Shown: positions 13,337 to 26,363, numbered from the stretch's first letter. The stretch is DNA of 64,000 nucleotides from Octopus sinensis (GCF_006345805.1 NC_043005.1:51646001-51710000), one strand, 5' to 3'. Numbers and translations are program-made. Notes: generated by a model not told the origin, from the letters alone.

Positions 13337-16300
13337 TAATATATGGCCGGTGCTAGAAACACCAGCGAAAATAATTAATTTTATTTTATCGCATTTTGAA
13401 TTTGTTTACATATTTCTCGATAAATTTTGAGCGTTAGACTATATACCAGAAATCCCTATTTTGTCGGGTTCGTTCTGCGTCTGCGCAGTGATCTGATTAG
13501 TTAGAAAGAGCAAATTATTAGACGCACATGTGTCTATCGAGTTGCCCTTCATAATAACAAGAATCTTACCGAAGAGCCTACCTGAGTAAATAAATATTAT
13601 ATTTTTTTGCTGAACAAGGCGAACTGCAGTCTAAGATGAACAGAGTTAGTAAAAGTTTTTATCTTCATTTCACTAAATTTATCAAGCTTCTGTGTTTCTA
13701 GTACGTACTTCGCCTTTAATCTACTTATATATGAATAATATATAGCCGGTGCTAGAAACACCAGCGAAAATAATTAATTTTATTTTATCGCATTTTGAAT
13801 TTGTTTACATATTTCTCGATAATTTTGAGCGTTAGACTATATACCAGAAATCCCTATTTTGTCGGGTTCGTTCTGCGTCTGCGCAGTGATCTGATTAGTT
13901 AGAAAGAGCAAATTATTAGACGCACATGTGTCTATCGAGTTGCCCTTCATAATAACAGGAATCTTACCGAAGAGCCTACCTGAGCAAATAAATATATTTT
14001 TTTGCTGAACAAGGCGAAACTGCAGTCTAAGATGAACAGAGTTAGTAAAAGTTTTTATCTTCATTTCACTAATTTATCAAGCTTCTGTGTTTCTAGTACG
14101 TACTTCGCCTTTAATCTACTTATATATGAATAATATATAGCCGGTGCTAGAAACACCAGCGAAAATAATTAATTTTATTTTATCGCATTTTGAATTTGTT
14201 TACATATTCTCGATAAATTTTGAGCGTTAGACTATATACCAGAAATCCCTATTTTGTCGGGTTCGTTCTGCGTCTGCGCAGTGATCTGATTAGTTAGAAA
14301 GAGCAAATTATTAGACGCACATGTGTCTATCGAGTTGCCCTTCATAATAACAGGAATCTTACCGAAGAGCCTACCTGAGCAAATAAATATTATATTTTTT
14401 TGCTGAACAAGGCGAAACTGCAGTCTAAGATGAACAGAGTTAGTAAAAGTTTTTATCTTCACTTCACTAAATTTATCAAGCTTCTGTGTTTCTAGTACGT
14501 ACTTCGCCTTTAATCTACTTATATATGAATAATATATAGCCGGTGCTAGAACACCAGCGAAAATAATTATTTTATTTTATCGCATTTTGAATTTGTTTAC
14601 ATATTTCTCGATAAATTTTGAGCGTTAGACTATATACCAGAAATCCCTATTTTGTCGGGTTCGTTCTGCGTCTGCGCAGTGATCTGATTAGTTAGAAAGA
14701 GCAAATTATTAGACGCACATGTGTCTATCGAGTTGCCCTTCATAATAACAGGAATCTTACCGAAGAGCCTACCTGAGTAAATAAATATTATATTTTTTTG
14801 CTGAACAGGCGAAACTGCAGTCTAAGATGAACAGAGTTAGTAAAAGTTTTTATCTTCATTTCACTAAATTTATCAAGCTTCTGTGTTTCTAGTACGTACT
14901 TCGCCTTTAATCTACTTATATATGAATAATATATGGCCGGTGCTAGAAACACCAGCGAAAATAATTAATTTTATTTTATCGCATTTTGAATTGTTTACAT
15001 ATTTCTCGATAAATTTTGAGCGTTAGACTATATACCAGAAATCCCTATTTTGTCGGGTTCGTTCTGCGTCTGCGCAGTGATCTGATTAGTTAGAAAGAGC
15101 AAATTATTAGACGCACATGTGTCTATCGAGTTGCCCTTCATAATAACAGGAATCTTACCGAAGAGCCTACCTGAGCAAATAAATATTATATTTTTTTGCT
15201 GAACAAGGCGAAACTGCAGTCTAAGATGAACAGAGTTAGTAAAAGTTTTTATCTTCACTTCACTAAATTTATCAGCTTCTGTGTTTCTAGTACGTACTTC
15301 GCCTTTAATCTACTATATATGAATAATATATAGCCGGTGCTAGAAACACCAGCGAAAATAATTAATTTTATTTTATCGCATTTTGAATTGTTTACATATT
15401 TCTCGATAAATTTTGAGCGTTAGACTATATACCAGAAATCCCTATTTTGTCGGGTTCGTTCTGCGTCTGCGCAGTGATCTGATTAGTTAGAAAGAGCAAA
15501 TTATTAGACGCACATGTGTCTATCGAGTTGCCCTTCATAATACAGGAATCTTACCGAAGAGCCTACCTGAGTAAATAAATATTATATTTTTTTGCTGAAC
15601 AAGGCGAAACTGCAGTCTAAGATGAACAGAGTTAGTAAAAGTTTTTATCTTCATTTCACTAAATTTATCAAGCTTCTGTGTTTCTAGTACGTACTTCGCC
15701 TTTAATCTACTTATATATGAATAATATATGGCCGGTGCTAGAAACACCAGCGAAAATAATTAATTTTATTTTATCGCATTTTGAATTTGTTTACATATTT
15801 CTCGATAAATTTTGAGCGTTAGACTATATACCAGAAATCCCTATTTTGTCGGGTTCGTTCTGCGTCTGCGCAGTGATCTGATTAGTTAGAAAGAGCAAAT
15901 TATTAGACGCACATGTGTCTATCGAGTTGCCCTTCATAATAACAGGAATCTTACCGAAGAGCCTACCTGAGCAAATAAATATATTTTTTTGCTGAACAAG
16001 GCGAAACTGCAGTCTAAGATGAACAGAGTTAGTAAAAGTTTTTATCTTCATTTCACTAAATTTATCAAGCTTCTGTGTTTCTAGTACGTACTTCGCCTTT
16101 AATCTACTTATATATGAATAATATATAGCCGGTGCTAGAAACACCAGCGAAAATAATTAATTTTATTTTATCGCATTTTGAATTTGTTTACATATTTCTC
16201 GATAAATTTTGAGCGTTAGACTATATACCAGAAATCCCTATTTTGTCGGGTTCGTTCTGCGTCTGCGCAGTGATCTGATTAGTTAGAAAGAGCAAATTAT

Positions 16301-19300
16301 TAGACGCACATGTGTCTATCGAGTTGCCCTTCATAATAACAGGAATCTTACCGAAGAGCCTACCTGAGCAAATAAATATATTTTTTTGCTGAACAAGGCG
16401 AAACTGCAGTCTAAGATGAACAGAGTTAGTAAAAGTTTTTATCTTCATTTCACTAAATTTATCAAGCTTCTGTGTTTCTAGTACGTACTTCGCCTTTAAT
16501 CTACTTATATATGAATAATATATGGCCGGTGCTAGAAACACCAGCGAAAATAATTAATTTTATTTTATCGCATTTTGAATTTGTTTACATATTTCTCGAT
16601 AAATTTTGAGCGTTAGACTATATACCAGAAATCCCTATTTTGTCGGGTTCGTTCTGCGTCTGCGCAGTGATCTGATTAGTTAGAAAGAGCAAATTATTAG
16701 ACGCACATGTGTCTATCGAGTTGCCCTTCATAATAACAGGAATCTTACGGAAGAGCCTACCTGAGCAAATAAATATTATATTTTTTTGCTGAACAAGGCG
16801 AAACTGCAGTCTAAGATGAACAGAGTTAGTAAAAGTTTTTATCTTCACTTCACTAAATTTATCAAGCTTCTGTGTTTCTAGTACGTACTTCGCCTTTAAT
16901 CTACTTATATATGAATAATATATAGCCGGTGCTAGAAACACCAGCGAAAATAATTAATTTTATTTTATCGCATTTTGAATTGTTTACATATTTCTCGATA
17001 AATTTTGAGCGTTAGACTATATACCAGAAATCCCTATTTTGTCGGGTTCGTTCTGCGTCTGCGCAGTGATCTGATTAGTTAGAAAGAGCAAATTATTAGA
17101 CGCACATGTGTCTATCGAGTTGCCCTTCATAATAACAGGAATCTTACCGAAGAGCCTACCTGAGTAAATAAATATTATATTTTTTTGCTGAACAAGGCGA
17201 AACTGCAGTCTAAGATGAACAGAGTTAGTAAAAGTTTTTATCTTCATTTCACTAAATTTATCAAGCTTCTGTGTTTCTAGTACGTACTTCGCCTTTAATC
17301 TACTTATATATGAATAATATATGGCCGGTGCTAGAAACACCAGCGAAAATAATTAATTTTATTTTATCGCATTTTGAATTTGTTACATATTTCTCGATAA
17401 ATTTTGAGCGTTAGACTATATACCAGAAATCCCTATTTTGTCGGGTTCGTTCTGCGTCTGCGCAGTGATCTGATTAGTTAGAAAGAGCAAATTATTAGAC
17501 GCACATGTGTCTATCGAGTTGCCCTTCATAATAACAGGAATCTTACCGAAGAGCCTACCTGAGCAAATAAATATATTTTTTTGCTGAACAAGGCGAAACT
17601 GCAGTCTAAGATGAACAGAGTTAGTAAAAGTTTTTATCTTCATTTCACTAAATTTATCAAGCTTCTGTGTTTCTAGTACGTACTTCGCCTTTAATCTACT
17701 TATATATGAATAATATATGGCCGGTGCTAGAAACACCAGCGAAAATAATTAATTTTATTTTATCGCATTTTGAATTTGTTTACATATTTCTCGATAAATT
17801 TTGAGCGTTAGACTATATACCAGAAATCCCTATTTTGTCGGGTTCGTTCTGCGTCTGCGCAGTGATCTGATTAGTTAGAAAGAGCAAATTATTAGACGCA
17901 CATGTGTCTATCGAGTTGCCCTTCATAATAACAGGAATCTTACCGAAGAGCCTACCTGAGCAAATAAATATATTTTTTTGCTGAACAAGGCGAAACTGCA
18001 GTCTAAGATGAACAGAGTTAGTAAAAGTTTTTATCTTCATTTCACTAAATTTATCAAGCTTCTGTGTTTCTAGTACGTACTTCGCCTTTAATCTACTTAT
18101 ATATGAATAATATATAGCCGGTGCTAGAAACACCAGCGAAAATAATTAATTTTATTTTATCGCATTTTGAATTTGTTTACATATTTCTCGATAAATTTTG
18201 AGCGTTAGACTATATACCAGAAATCCCTATTTTGTCGGGTTCGTTCTGCGTCTGCGCAGTGATCTGATTAGTTAGAAAGAGCAAATTATTAGACGCACAT
18301 GTGTCTATCGAGTTGCCCTTCATAATAACAGGAATCTTACCGAAGAGCCTACCTGAGTAAATAAATATTATATTTTTTTGCTGAACAAGGCGAACTGCAG
18401 TCTAAGATGAACAGAGTTAGTAAAAGTTCTTATCTTCATTTCACTAAATTTATCAAGCTTCTGTGTTTCTAGTACGTACTTCGCCTTTAATCTACTTATA
18501 TATGAATAATATATAGCCGGTGCTAGAAACACCAGCGAAAATAATTAATTTTATTTTATCGCATTTTGAATTTGTTACATATTTCTCGATAAATTTTGAG
18601 CGTTAGACTATATACCAGAATCCCTATTTTGTCGGGTTCGTTCTGCGTCTGCGCAGTGATCTGATTAGTTAGAAAGAGCAAATTATTAGACGCACATGTG
18701 TCTATCGAGTTGCCCTTCATAATAACAGGAATCTTACCGAAGAGCCTACCTGAGCAAATAAATATTATATTTTTTTGCTGAACAAGGCGAAACTGCAGTC
18801 TAAGATGAACAGAGTTAGTAAAAGTTTTTATCTTCACTTCACTAAATTTATCAAGCTTCTGTGTTTCTAGTACGTACTTCGCCTTTAATCTACTTATATA
18901 TGAATAATATATAGCCGGTGCTAGAAACACCAGCGAAAATAATTAATTTTATTTTATCGCATTTTGAATTTGTTTACATATTTCTCGATAAATTTTGAGC
19001 GTTAGACTATATACCAGAAATCCCTATTTTGTCGGGTTCGTTCTGCGTCTGCGCAGTGATCTGATTAGTTAGAAAGAGCAAATTATTAGACGCACATGTG
19101 TCTATCGAGTTGCCCTTCATAATAACAGGAATCTTACCGAAGAGCCTACCTGAGTAAATAAATATTATATTTTTTTGCTGAACAAGGCGAAACTGCAGTC
19201 TAAGATGAACAGAGTTAGTAAAAGTTTTTATCTTCATTTCACTAATTTATCAAGCTTCTGTGTTTCTAGTACGTACTTCGCCTTTAATCTACTTATATAT

Positions 19301-20964
19301 GAATAATATATAGCCGGTGCTAGAACACCAGCGAAAATAATTAATTTTATTTTATCGCATTTTGAATTTGTTTACATATTTCTCGATAAACTTTGAGCGT
19401 TAGACTATATACCAGAAATCCCTATTTTGTCGGGTTCGTTCTGCGTCTGCGCAGTGATCTGATTAGTTAGAAAGAGCAAATTATTAGACGGACATGTGTC
19501 TATCGAGTTGCCCTTCATAATAACAGGAATCTTACCGAAGAGCCTACCTGAGTAAATAAATATATTTTTTTGCTGAACAAGGCGAAACTGCAGTCTAAGA
19601 TGAACAGAGTTAGTAAAAGTTTTTATCTTCATTTCACTAAATTTATCAAGCTTCTGTGTTTCTAGTACGTACTTCGCCTTTAATCTACTTATATATGAAT
19701 AATATATGGCCGGTGCTAGAAACACCAGCGAAAATAATTAATTTTATTTTATCGCATTTTGAATTTGTTTACATATTTCTCGATAAATTTTGAGCGTTAG
19801 ACTATATACCAGAAATCCCTATTTTGTCGGGTTCGTTCTGCGTCTGCGCAGTGATCTGATTAGTTAGAAAGAGCAAATTATTAGACGCACATGTGTCTAT
19901 CGAGTTGCCCTTCATAATAACAGGAATCTTACCGAAGAGCCTACCTGAGTAAATAAATATTATATTTTTTTGCTGAACAAGGCGAAACTGCAGTCTAAGA
20001 TGAACAGAGTTAGTAAAAGTTTTTATCTTCATTTCACTAAATTTATCAAGCTTCTGTGTTTCTAGTACGTACTTCGCCTTTAATCTACTTATATATGAAT
20101 AATATATAGCCGGTGCTAGAAACACCAGCGAAAATAATTAATTTTATTTTATCGCATTTTGAATTTGTTTACATATTTCTCGATAAACTTTGAGCGTTAG
20201 ACTATATACCAGAAATCCCTATTTTGTCGGGTTCGTTCTGCGTCTGCGCAGTGATCTGATTAGTTAGAAAGAGCAAATTATTAGACGGACATGTGTCTAT
20301 CGAGTTGCCCTTCATAATAACAGGAATCTTACCGAAGAGCCTACCTGAGTAAATAAATATATTTTTTTGCTGAACAAGGCGAAACTGCAGTCTAAGATGA
20401 ACAGAGTTAGTAAAAGTTTTTATCTTCATTTCACTAAATTTATCAAGCTTCTGTGTTTCTAGTACGTACTTCGCCTTTAATCTACTTATATATGAATAAT
20501 ATATGGCCGGTGCTAGAAACACCAGCGAAAATAATTAATTTTATTTTATCGCATTTTGAATTTGTTTACATATTTCTCGATAAATTTTGAGCGTTAGACT
20601 ATATACCAGAAATCCCTATTTTGTCGGGTTCGTTCTGCGTCTGCGCAGTGATCTGATTAGTTAGAAAGAGCAAATTATTAGACGCACATGTGTCTATCGA
20701 GTTGCCCTTCATAATAACAGGAATCTTACCGAAGAGCCTACCTGAGCAAATAAATATATTTTTTTGCTGAACAAGGCGAAACTGCAGTCTAAGATGAACA
20801 GAGTTAGTAAAAGTTTTTATCTTCATTTCACTAAATTTATCAAGCTTCTGTGTTTCTAGTACGTACTTCGCCTTTAATCTACTTATATATGAATAATATA
20901 TGGCCGGTGCTAGAAACACCAGCGAAAATAATTAATTTTATTTTATCGCACTTTGAATTTGTTT
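13330..20964 (+). repeat. Tandem array of 19 x ~398 bp hammerhead-containing units plus partial 20th (retrozyme-like satellite)
   Basis: Marker gccggtgctagaa occurs 20 times at ~396-400 bp spacing (about 13346 to 20903); units nearly identical; flanked by (TA)n on both sides. Confidence 0.97.
13961..14033 (+). ncRNA. Type I hammerhead ribozyme motif (representative copy, unit 2; one per unit, 19 in total)
   Basis: Helix I AUCUUA/UAAGAU (6 bp); core CCGAAGA; helix II GCCU/AGGC extended by AGCAAA..AAAUA/UAUUU..UUUGCU; GAAAC-UGCA-GUC; predicted cleavage after C14027. Confidence 0.85.
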
Positions 20965-21693
20965 ATATATATATATATATGTATACATACATATATATAT
21001 ATATACATAGTTGTTTGTTGTCACTTCAACATGGCTGTTCCATACACAACGATGTCTCTACTATTTTTACCCCAGGAGAACACACGCACGTTCGCGTGAG
21101 GGTACACGGTCTAGTGTTTAGGGTGTTGCAGTCTAGTGGTTACGGTGTTGATTTCGATTCGTAGACATTCAACTCACCTTGCTCTGGGACTACTATATAC
21201 ATCTGTTTAGGCAAAGTCTATTTGATCGAGGGAGTGAGCTAATATGCAACACATACATATGATCATTATAAAGAAATTGTTTGTGCAGGTTGATTGGAAA
21301 ATTTAAAAAACTGCATATTCATATATACAAATATGTGTATGTTCATATACATACGCCTATTGATCAAAATAGCTGGAAGTATCGTTCTGAGTATTGCATT
21401 TTCGAAAACTGAAGTCATGTTTGTAAATATGAAAATCCGGCACAGCGACAGCCCATAAAAGTCAACGAAAGATGGCAGCAGAAACGTGTAATATGAATAA
21501 ATTACCTGTGAATGAAATAATAACTTGTAATAATGAAAAGGTGAAGAATAATGACTAACTTTATCCATATATATTCATATGTATACTCGTATTTGCTCAT
21601 GGAAACCGGAACACCTACATGCACTTTTCTCCTCTCCCGTGCGTAAAACAACGCATTTACACACACACGCACTCACATGTGTAAATCCACACA

Positions 21694-22072
21694 TCTATTA
21701 TATAAAACCCGTTCTGTCTGCCTGTGTATGTGTCTTCTAGGATCTCGGGCATCCTCCATCCGATTGCGCTCAAATTTGATATGTAGATACCGACGGTATC
21801 AGGGCGTGTATAAGTCTTGAAAAAATTGCAAAAATCTATTCCAGGTGAGAATGCGATCAATAAAGCCGTGGGAACGTGCATTTGTAAAATCGTTTTTCTT
21901 GGAATAGAAAAAAGTCTATCTTTATTTCTTCTTTTGCTGGTTTCTCAAATTTAGGTTAAATCAGTGTTTCTCAAAGGGGAGGCCTATGGGAAGGTCGGAC
22001 AAGTTGTTTTGAGAAAATTTGGTTTAAAAGTTTGACTGCAGCACCGTCCATTGGCCGGGGGCGTTTTGCTCG
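21694..22072 (+). mobile_element. Non-autonomous Helitron-like element
   Basis: A|TCTATTATATAAAA 5' end followed by (CTGT)-like tract; 3' GC hairpin ccgtcca-t-tggccgg then CTCG|T (CTAG variant); no TSD. Confidence 0.6.
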
Positions 22073-22100
22073 TATGTATGTATTCACACATATATGTATA

Positions 22101-22467
22101 TGGAAGCACTCCGTCGGTTACGACGATGAGGGTTCCGGTTGATCCGATCAACGGAACAGCCTGCTCGTGAATTTAACGTGTAAGTGGCTGAGCACTCCAC
22201 AGACACGTGTACCCTTAACGTAGTTCTCGGGGATATTCAGCGTGACACAGAGAGTGACAAGGCCGGCCCTTTGAAATACAGGTACAACAGAAACAGGAAG
22301 TAAGAGTGAGAGAAAGTTGTGGTGAAAGAGTACAGCAGGGATCACCACCATCCCTGCCGGAGCCTCGTGGAGCTTTAGATGTTTTCGCTCAATAAACACT
22401 CACAACGCCCGGTCTGGAAATCGAAACCGCGAGTCCGCTGCCCTAACCACTGGGCCATTGCGCCTCC
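22101..22467 (-). mobile_element. SINE family D, full length
   Basis: Head ggaggcgcaatggcccagtggttagggcagcgg on the minus strand; same head at 28774; related sequence at 32430 and 55365. Confidence 0.85.
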
Positions 22468-23029
22468 ACATATGTATATATCCACACATATATGTAAATA
22501 GATAGTGGGCGAGAACTTTTGGATTTTACCAATTTTCTTTTGAGGAGGAACCCGAAGTTCTAGCAATATCTCTGTGTGCTTATTTACGGGTTACATACCC
22601 AAGACATTTTACTCATTTCATCTGCAAATTATGAATTTTACGATAATTACATCATTCCGAGCGTCCTGTAATAGCTGCCGAGTGAAGAAATTATGTAATT
22701 CTTTTCGCATATATACCTGTGTGTCTGTCTGCGCGTGCGCGTCTGTGTGTATGTATGTATGTTTGTGCATGTGTGTGTGTATGTATATACCCATCTTTAT
22801 GAGTATATGAAGCTATATACGTATAAAGTCAAACGAGTACATGATGTATCATCTGGAGACATACATCTTTGGGTTTTGCACAGAACCATATACTGGACCT
22901 GGCATTATTTTGAGAATTTGAATTACTCGCTCCGCTAAGTGTTGAATGGTTAGGCACCTGGGTGGAATTTGAACTAATGTTGAAGTACTGCTTTAGGTGG
23001 TTCACCCGAACATATCAAGCCCAGCACTT

Positions 23030-23350
23030 ATTTTTTTAAAAGTCTGGTACTTAGCCGATCAGTTTCACTCGCTGTTAGAGGTTTGTAAAAAGCCCAACGC
23101 TGGTTGACAATTGTTGGTTGTGTAAGGGATAATGACACACGCACAATCGCGCGTGCACGTACGCACACGCGTACGCTCGTACGCACGCTTACACACACAC
23201 ACACATGACGAGCTTCCATGCAGTTTCCGTCTACCAAATTTCCTCTCGACGTATTGGTCCGCTCGGGTTTATAGTTGCGCAGTGGGGCTGAACATGAAGC
23301 GGCGTGGTTGTAAAGTGAGTTTCTTAACTGCACAACCATACTTACGCCTA
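23030..23350 (-). mobile_element. Degenerate SINE family A
   Basis: cagtttccgtctaccaaattt; gcgcagtggggctgaac. Confidence 0.6.
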
Positions 23351-23480
23351 CACAGACAGACACACACCCACACATACTCTACTCACACACATACACACAC
23401 ATATATTCATCTAACCATACTTATAAACAACACACACACACACATACAAATATATATTCATCTAACCATGTTTCCAAACG

Positions 23481-23520
<40 letters not shown>

Positions 23521-24728
23521 ACACACATACACACACGCGCACATACACACACACACACAACGAACAATCTAACGACAACAGCATTACAAAATGTAACTAA
23601 AAAAAAAAACAACCAACAAATACACCAAGAGCACTATATATATAAACTCCCTCCAACCATCCACCATCACAACCACAACCACAACACCGCAACCGCAACC
23701 GCCACCACTAACACTACCAGTACCAACACTATTACAATAACAGCAACAAAAACAAGAACAACAAGAACAGCAACAACAATAACAACAATAGCAATAGCAA
23801 TGACAAGAACAAAAAAATTTTCAAGATAACATCATAAAGAACAAAACTAAAAGTAATCGCACACTTAGTCTCAACGTTCTGTGTATTTACATCTGCTGTG
23901 TTGCGTCTCTTTACTATTTACTATATACCGTATACTATATGTATATATATATATAAATATATATATATATATGTATGTCTTATTTCCCAACTCCCGCCAT
24001 ACACATGACAGCCTTGCACCACTTGAAAGCATTATATTGTACAGTAAACAAGCCATTATCTATGCGACAGTTTTTAACATTGAATACAGCTTACTCTAAA
24101 GTATTCTAAGTTTTCCACATTTCACGCTGTTCAGTATGAACTAGTCTGGTTTAGACCGGCCAAAACTTGTCTGATTTGTCTGGTTTTGTATGATCTGATC
24201 TGATCTGGATATTTGTTTTTTTTATTTTGTTTTGTTGTATTTTGTCGTTTTGCTTTTATCTGGTATCATTTCGTTCGTTCGGCTCGGTTCGGTTCGGTTC
24301 GGTTCGGTGTGGTGTGTGTGATATGGTCGTGTGATAAGACGTGGTGTATGTGGCCTGTTGCGTTTTTGTATGATCTGTCCTGATGTTGACTGGTGCTGAT
24401 GTGATTTGGTGTTTTCTTGAGTGTCTTCGTGGTTCACTTTGTTTTGTCGTGGTGTCGTATGATTTGGCATATGCATACATACTCCCCACCACGCATGGTT
24501 ATATAATATATATAATATATATATATATATAATATATATATATATATACGCATCTATACATATACATGCATACATATATATGTATATACATATATACATA
24601 TGTACATATATGCACATGTATACATACACTTAAATACACATATACATATATGTATATATTTATACACACACATATATGCATATATATGTATGCATATATA
24701 CATATGTATATATGTGTATATGCATATA

Positions 24729-24790
<62 letters not shown>

Positions 24791-25308
24791 CATATACACA
24801 TGTGTGTGCGTATGCGTTTATATGTATATGTATATGTATGTATATATATATATATATATACACACAAATATATATATATATCTATCTATGTATATATGTA
24901 CGTATATATGTGTAGAGTGTTAGGTGCATAAACATGTACTCACACAAACACACACATACACACACACACATATATAAATATATATATATATATTATCTAC
25001 ACACACAAGGATTGATGGCTAGAATTGTATGTATGTAAGGAATTGTATGTATGTATATTTTTCTTTCGTTCAATATATAGTACTACTCGATACCTAAATA
25101 CACAATGTCTAGAATTATCTTAATATCATCTATTACATATGCAAACTATAATTCCTAAATATCTTAATTTTATACGTTACGACCGTAGGTTTCATGCAAT
25201 CATCAGCGACTGATATTCATAGCAGGAAGCTATACAAGTAAACACTTTCAATTATTTGGTTCTATTATACAGTAGCTATAATATATATATATATTATTTT
25301 ATAGAAGG

Positions 25309-25359
25309 AGCTTCTACAGGAATAGAACTGTTTCATTCAAATGAAATCATCAGGAAGCT
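25309..25359 (-). ncRNA. Type I hammerhead ribozyme motif with canonical core
   Basis: Minus strand AGCUUC-CUGAUGA-U-UUC(AUUU)GAA-U-GAAACAG(UUCUAUUC)CUGUA-GAAGCU: 6 bp helix I, 4 bp helix III, GUA site. Confidence 0.8.
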
Positions 25360-25490
25360 TGCTGTCAAAGTAAGTTCTGGCATTTATACATTTAGGCAGA
25401 TTTAACGGGGTGGTGGTGGGGGACTTTTTTGGGGTAAGCAGGGCACAAACTGTCTTTCTTAGGGGAGTGGTCAAAAGGATCAGTGATAAA

Positions 25491-25579
25491 GTAGATAAAT
25501 GAATAAATAGAATAATAGAATAGAGTTTTAGGTAAATAAGAAGACTATCGCTTTATATATATATATATATATAATATAT

Positions 25580-25613
<34 letters not shown>

Positions 25614-26314
25614 ATTACACATATATATATATACATATATATATATATGTACACATACACATACATAACACACACATATATACATACACATATATATATA
25701 TATACAAATACACATACACATACATGCCAACACGCGAGCACACGCACACATATGTCTACACATATATATATATAAAATATACACACCCATACACACCCAT
25801 ACACACCCACATATATATACACATATATATACATATATATACAATTTTTTTCTTTTTCCTCCTCATCTTCCTCCCTTATTTTTTATTATTTTTTATTTGG
25901 ACCGCTTCAGAGTCATAAAAGGTATAATATATATACCTTTTATGACTCTGAAGCCGGTCAAAATAAAAATAAAATAAAATAAGGGAGGAAGATGAGGAGA
26001 GAAAAAATATGTATATATATGTGTATATATATGTGGGTGTGTATGGGTGTGTATATTTTTTTATATATATGTGTAGACATATGTGTGCGTGTGCTCGCGT
26101 GTTGGCATGTATGTGTATGTGTATTTGTATATATATATATATATGTGTGTATGTATATATGTGTGTGTGTATGTGTATGTGTACATATATATATATATGT
26201 ATATATATATATATTATGTATATATATGTATATATATATATATATATATATAAGCGATAATCTTCTTATTTTCCTAAAACTCTATTCTATTATTCTATTT
26301 ATTCATTTATCTAC
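25491..26314. repeat. ~825 bp imperfect palindrome centred at ~25929
   Basis: gtagataaatgaataaatagaataatagaatagagttttagg (25491) vs cctaaaactctattctattattctatttattcatttatctac (ends 26314); centre cttcagagtcataaaaggtata/tataccttttatgactctgaag. Confidence 0.9.
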
Positions 26315-26329
26315 ATATATACATATTTG

Positions 26330-26363
<34 letters not shown>

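Noticed and set aside
13837-20919. Repeated 75-124 aa minus-strand ORF (MFLAPAIYYS.../MKIKTFTNSV...) in array units
   Set aside because: The longer form starts at GTG, it has no recognisable domain, and it is broken in several units; it is the antisense of a structured RNA unit.
13330-20964. Array as CRISPR, tRNA/5S/snRNA cluster or tandem Helitron
   Set aside because: No unique spacers, no cloverleaf or recognisable 5S/snRNA sequence, and array ends do not correspond to TC...CTAG termini.
25175-25212. Minus-strand CUGAUGA-UUGCAU-GAAAC-CUACG-GUC
   Set aside because: Helix II too short and helix I out of register; at most a decayed hammerhead.
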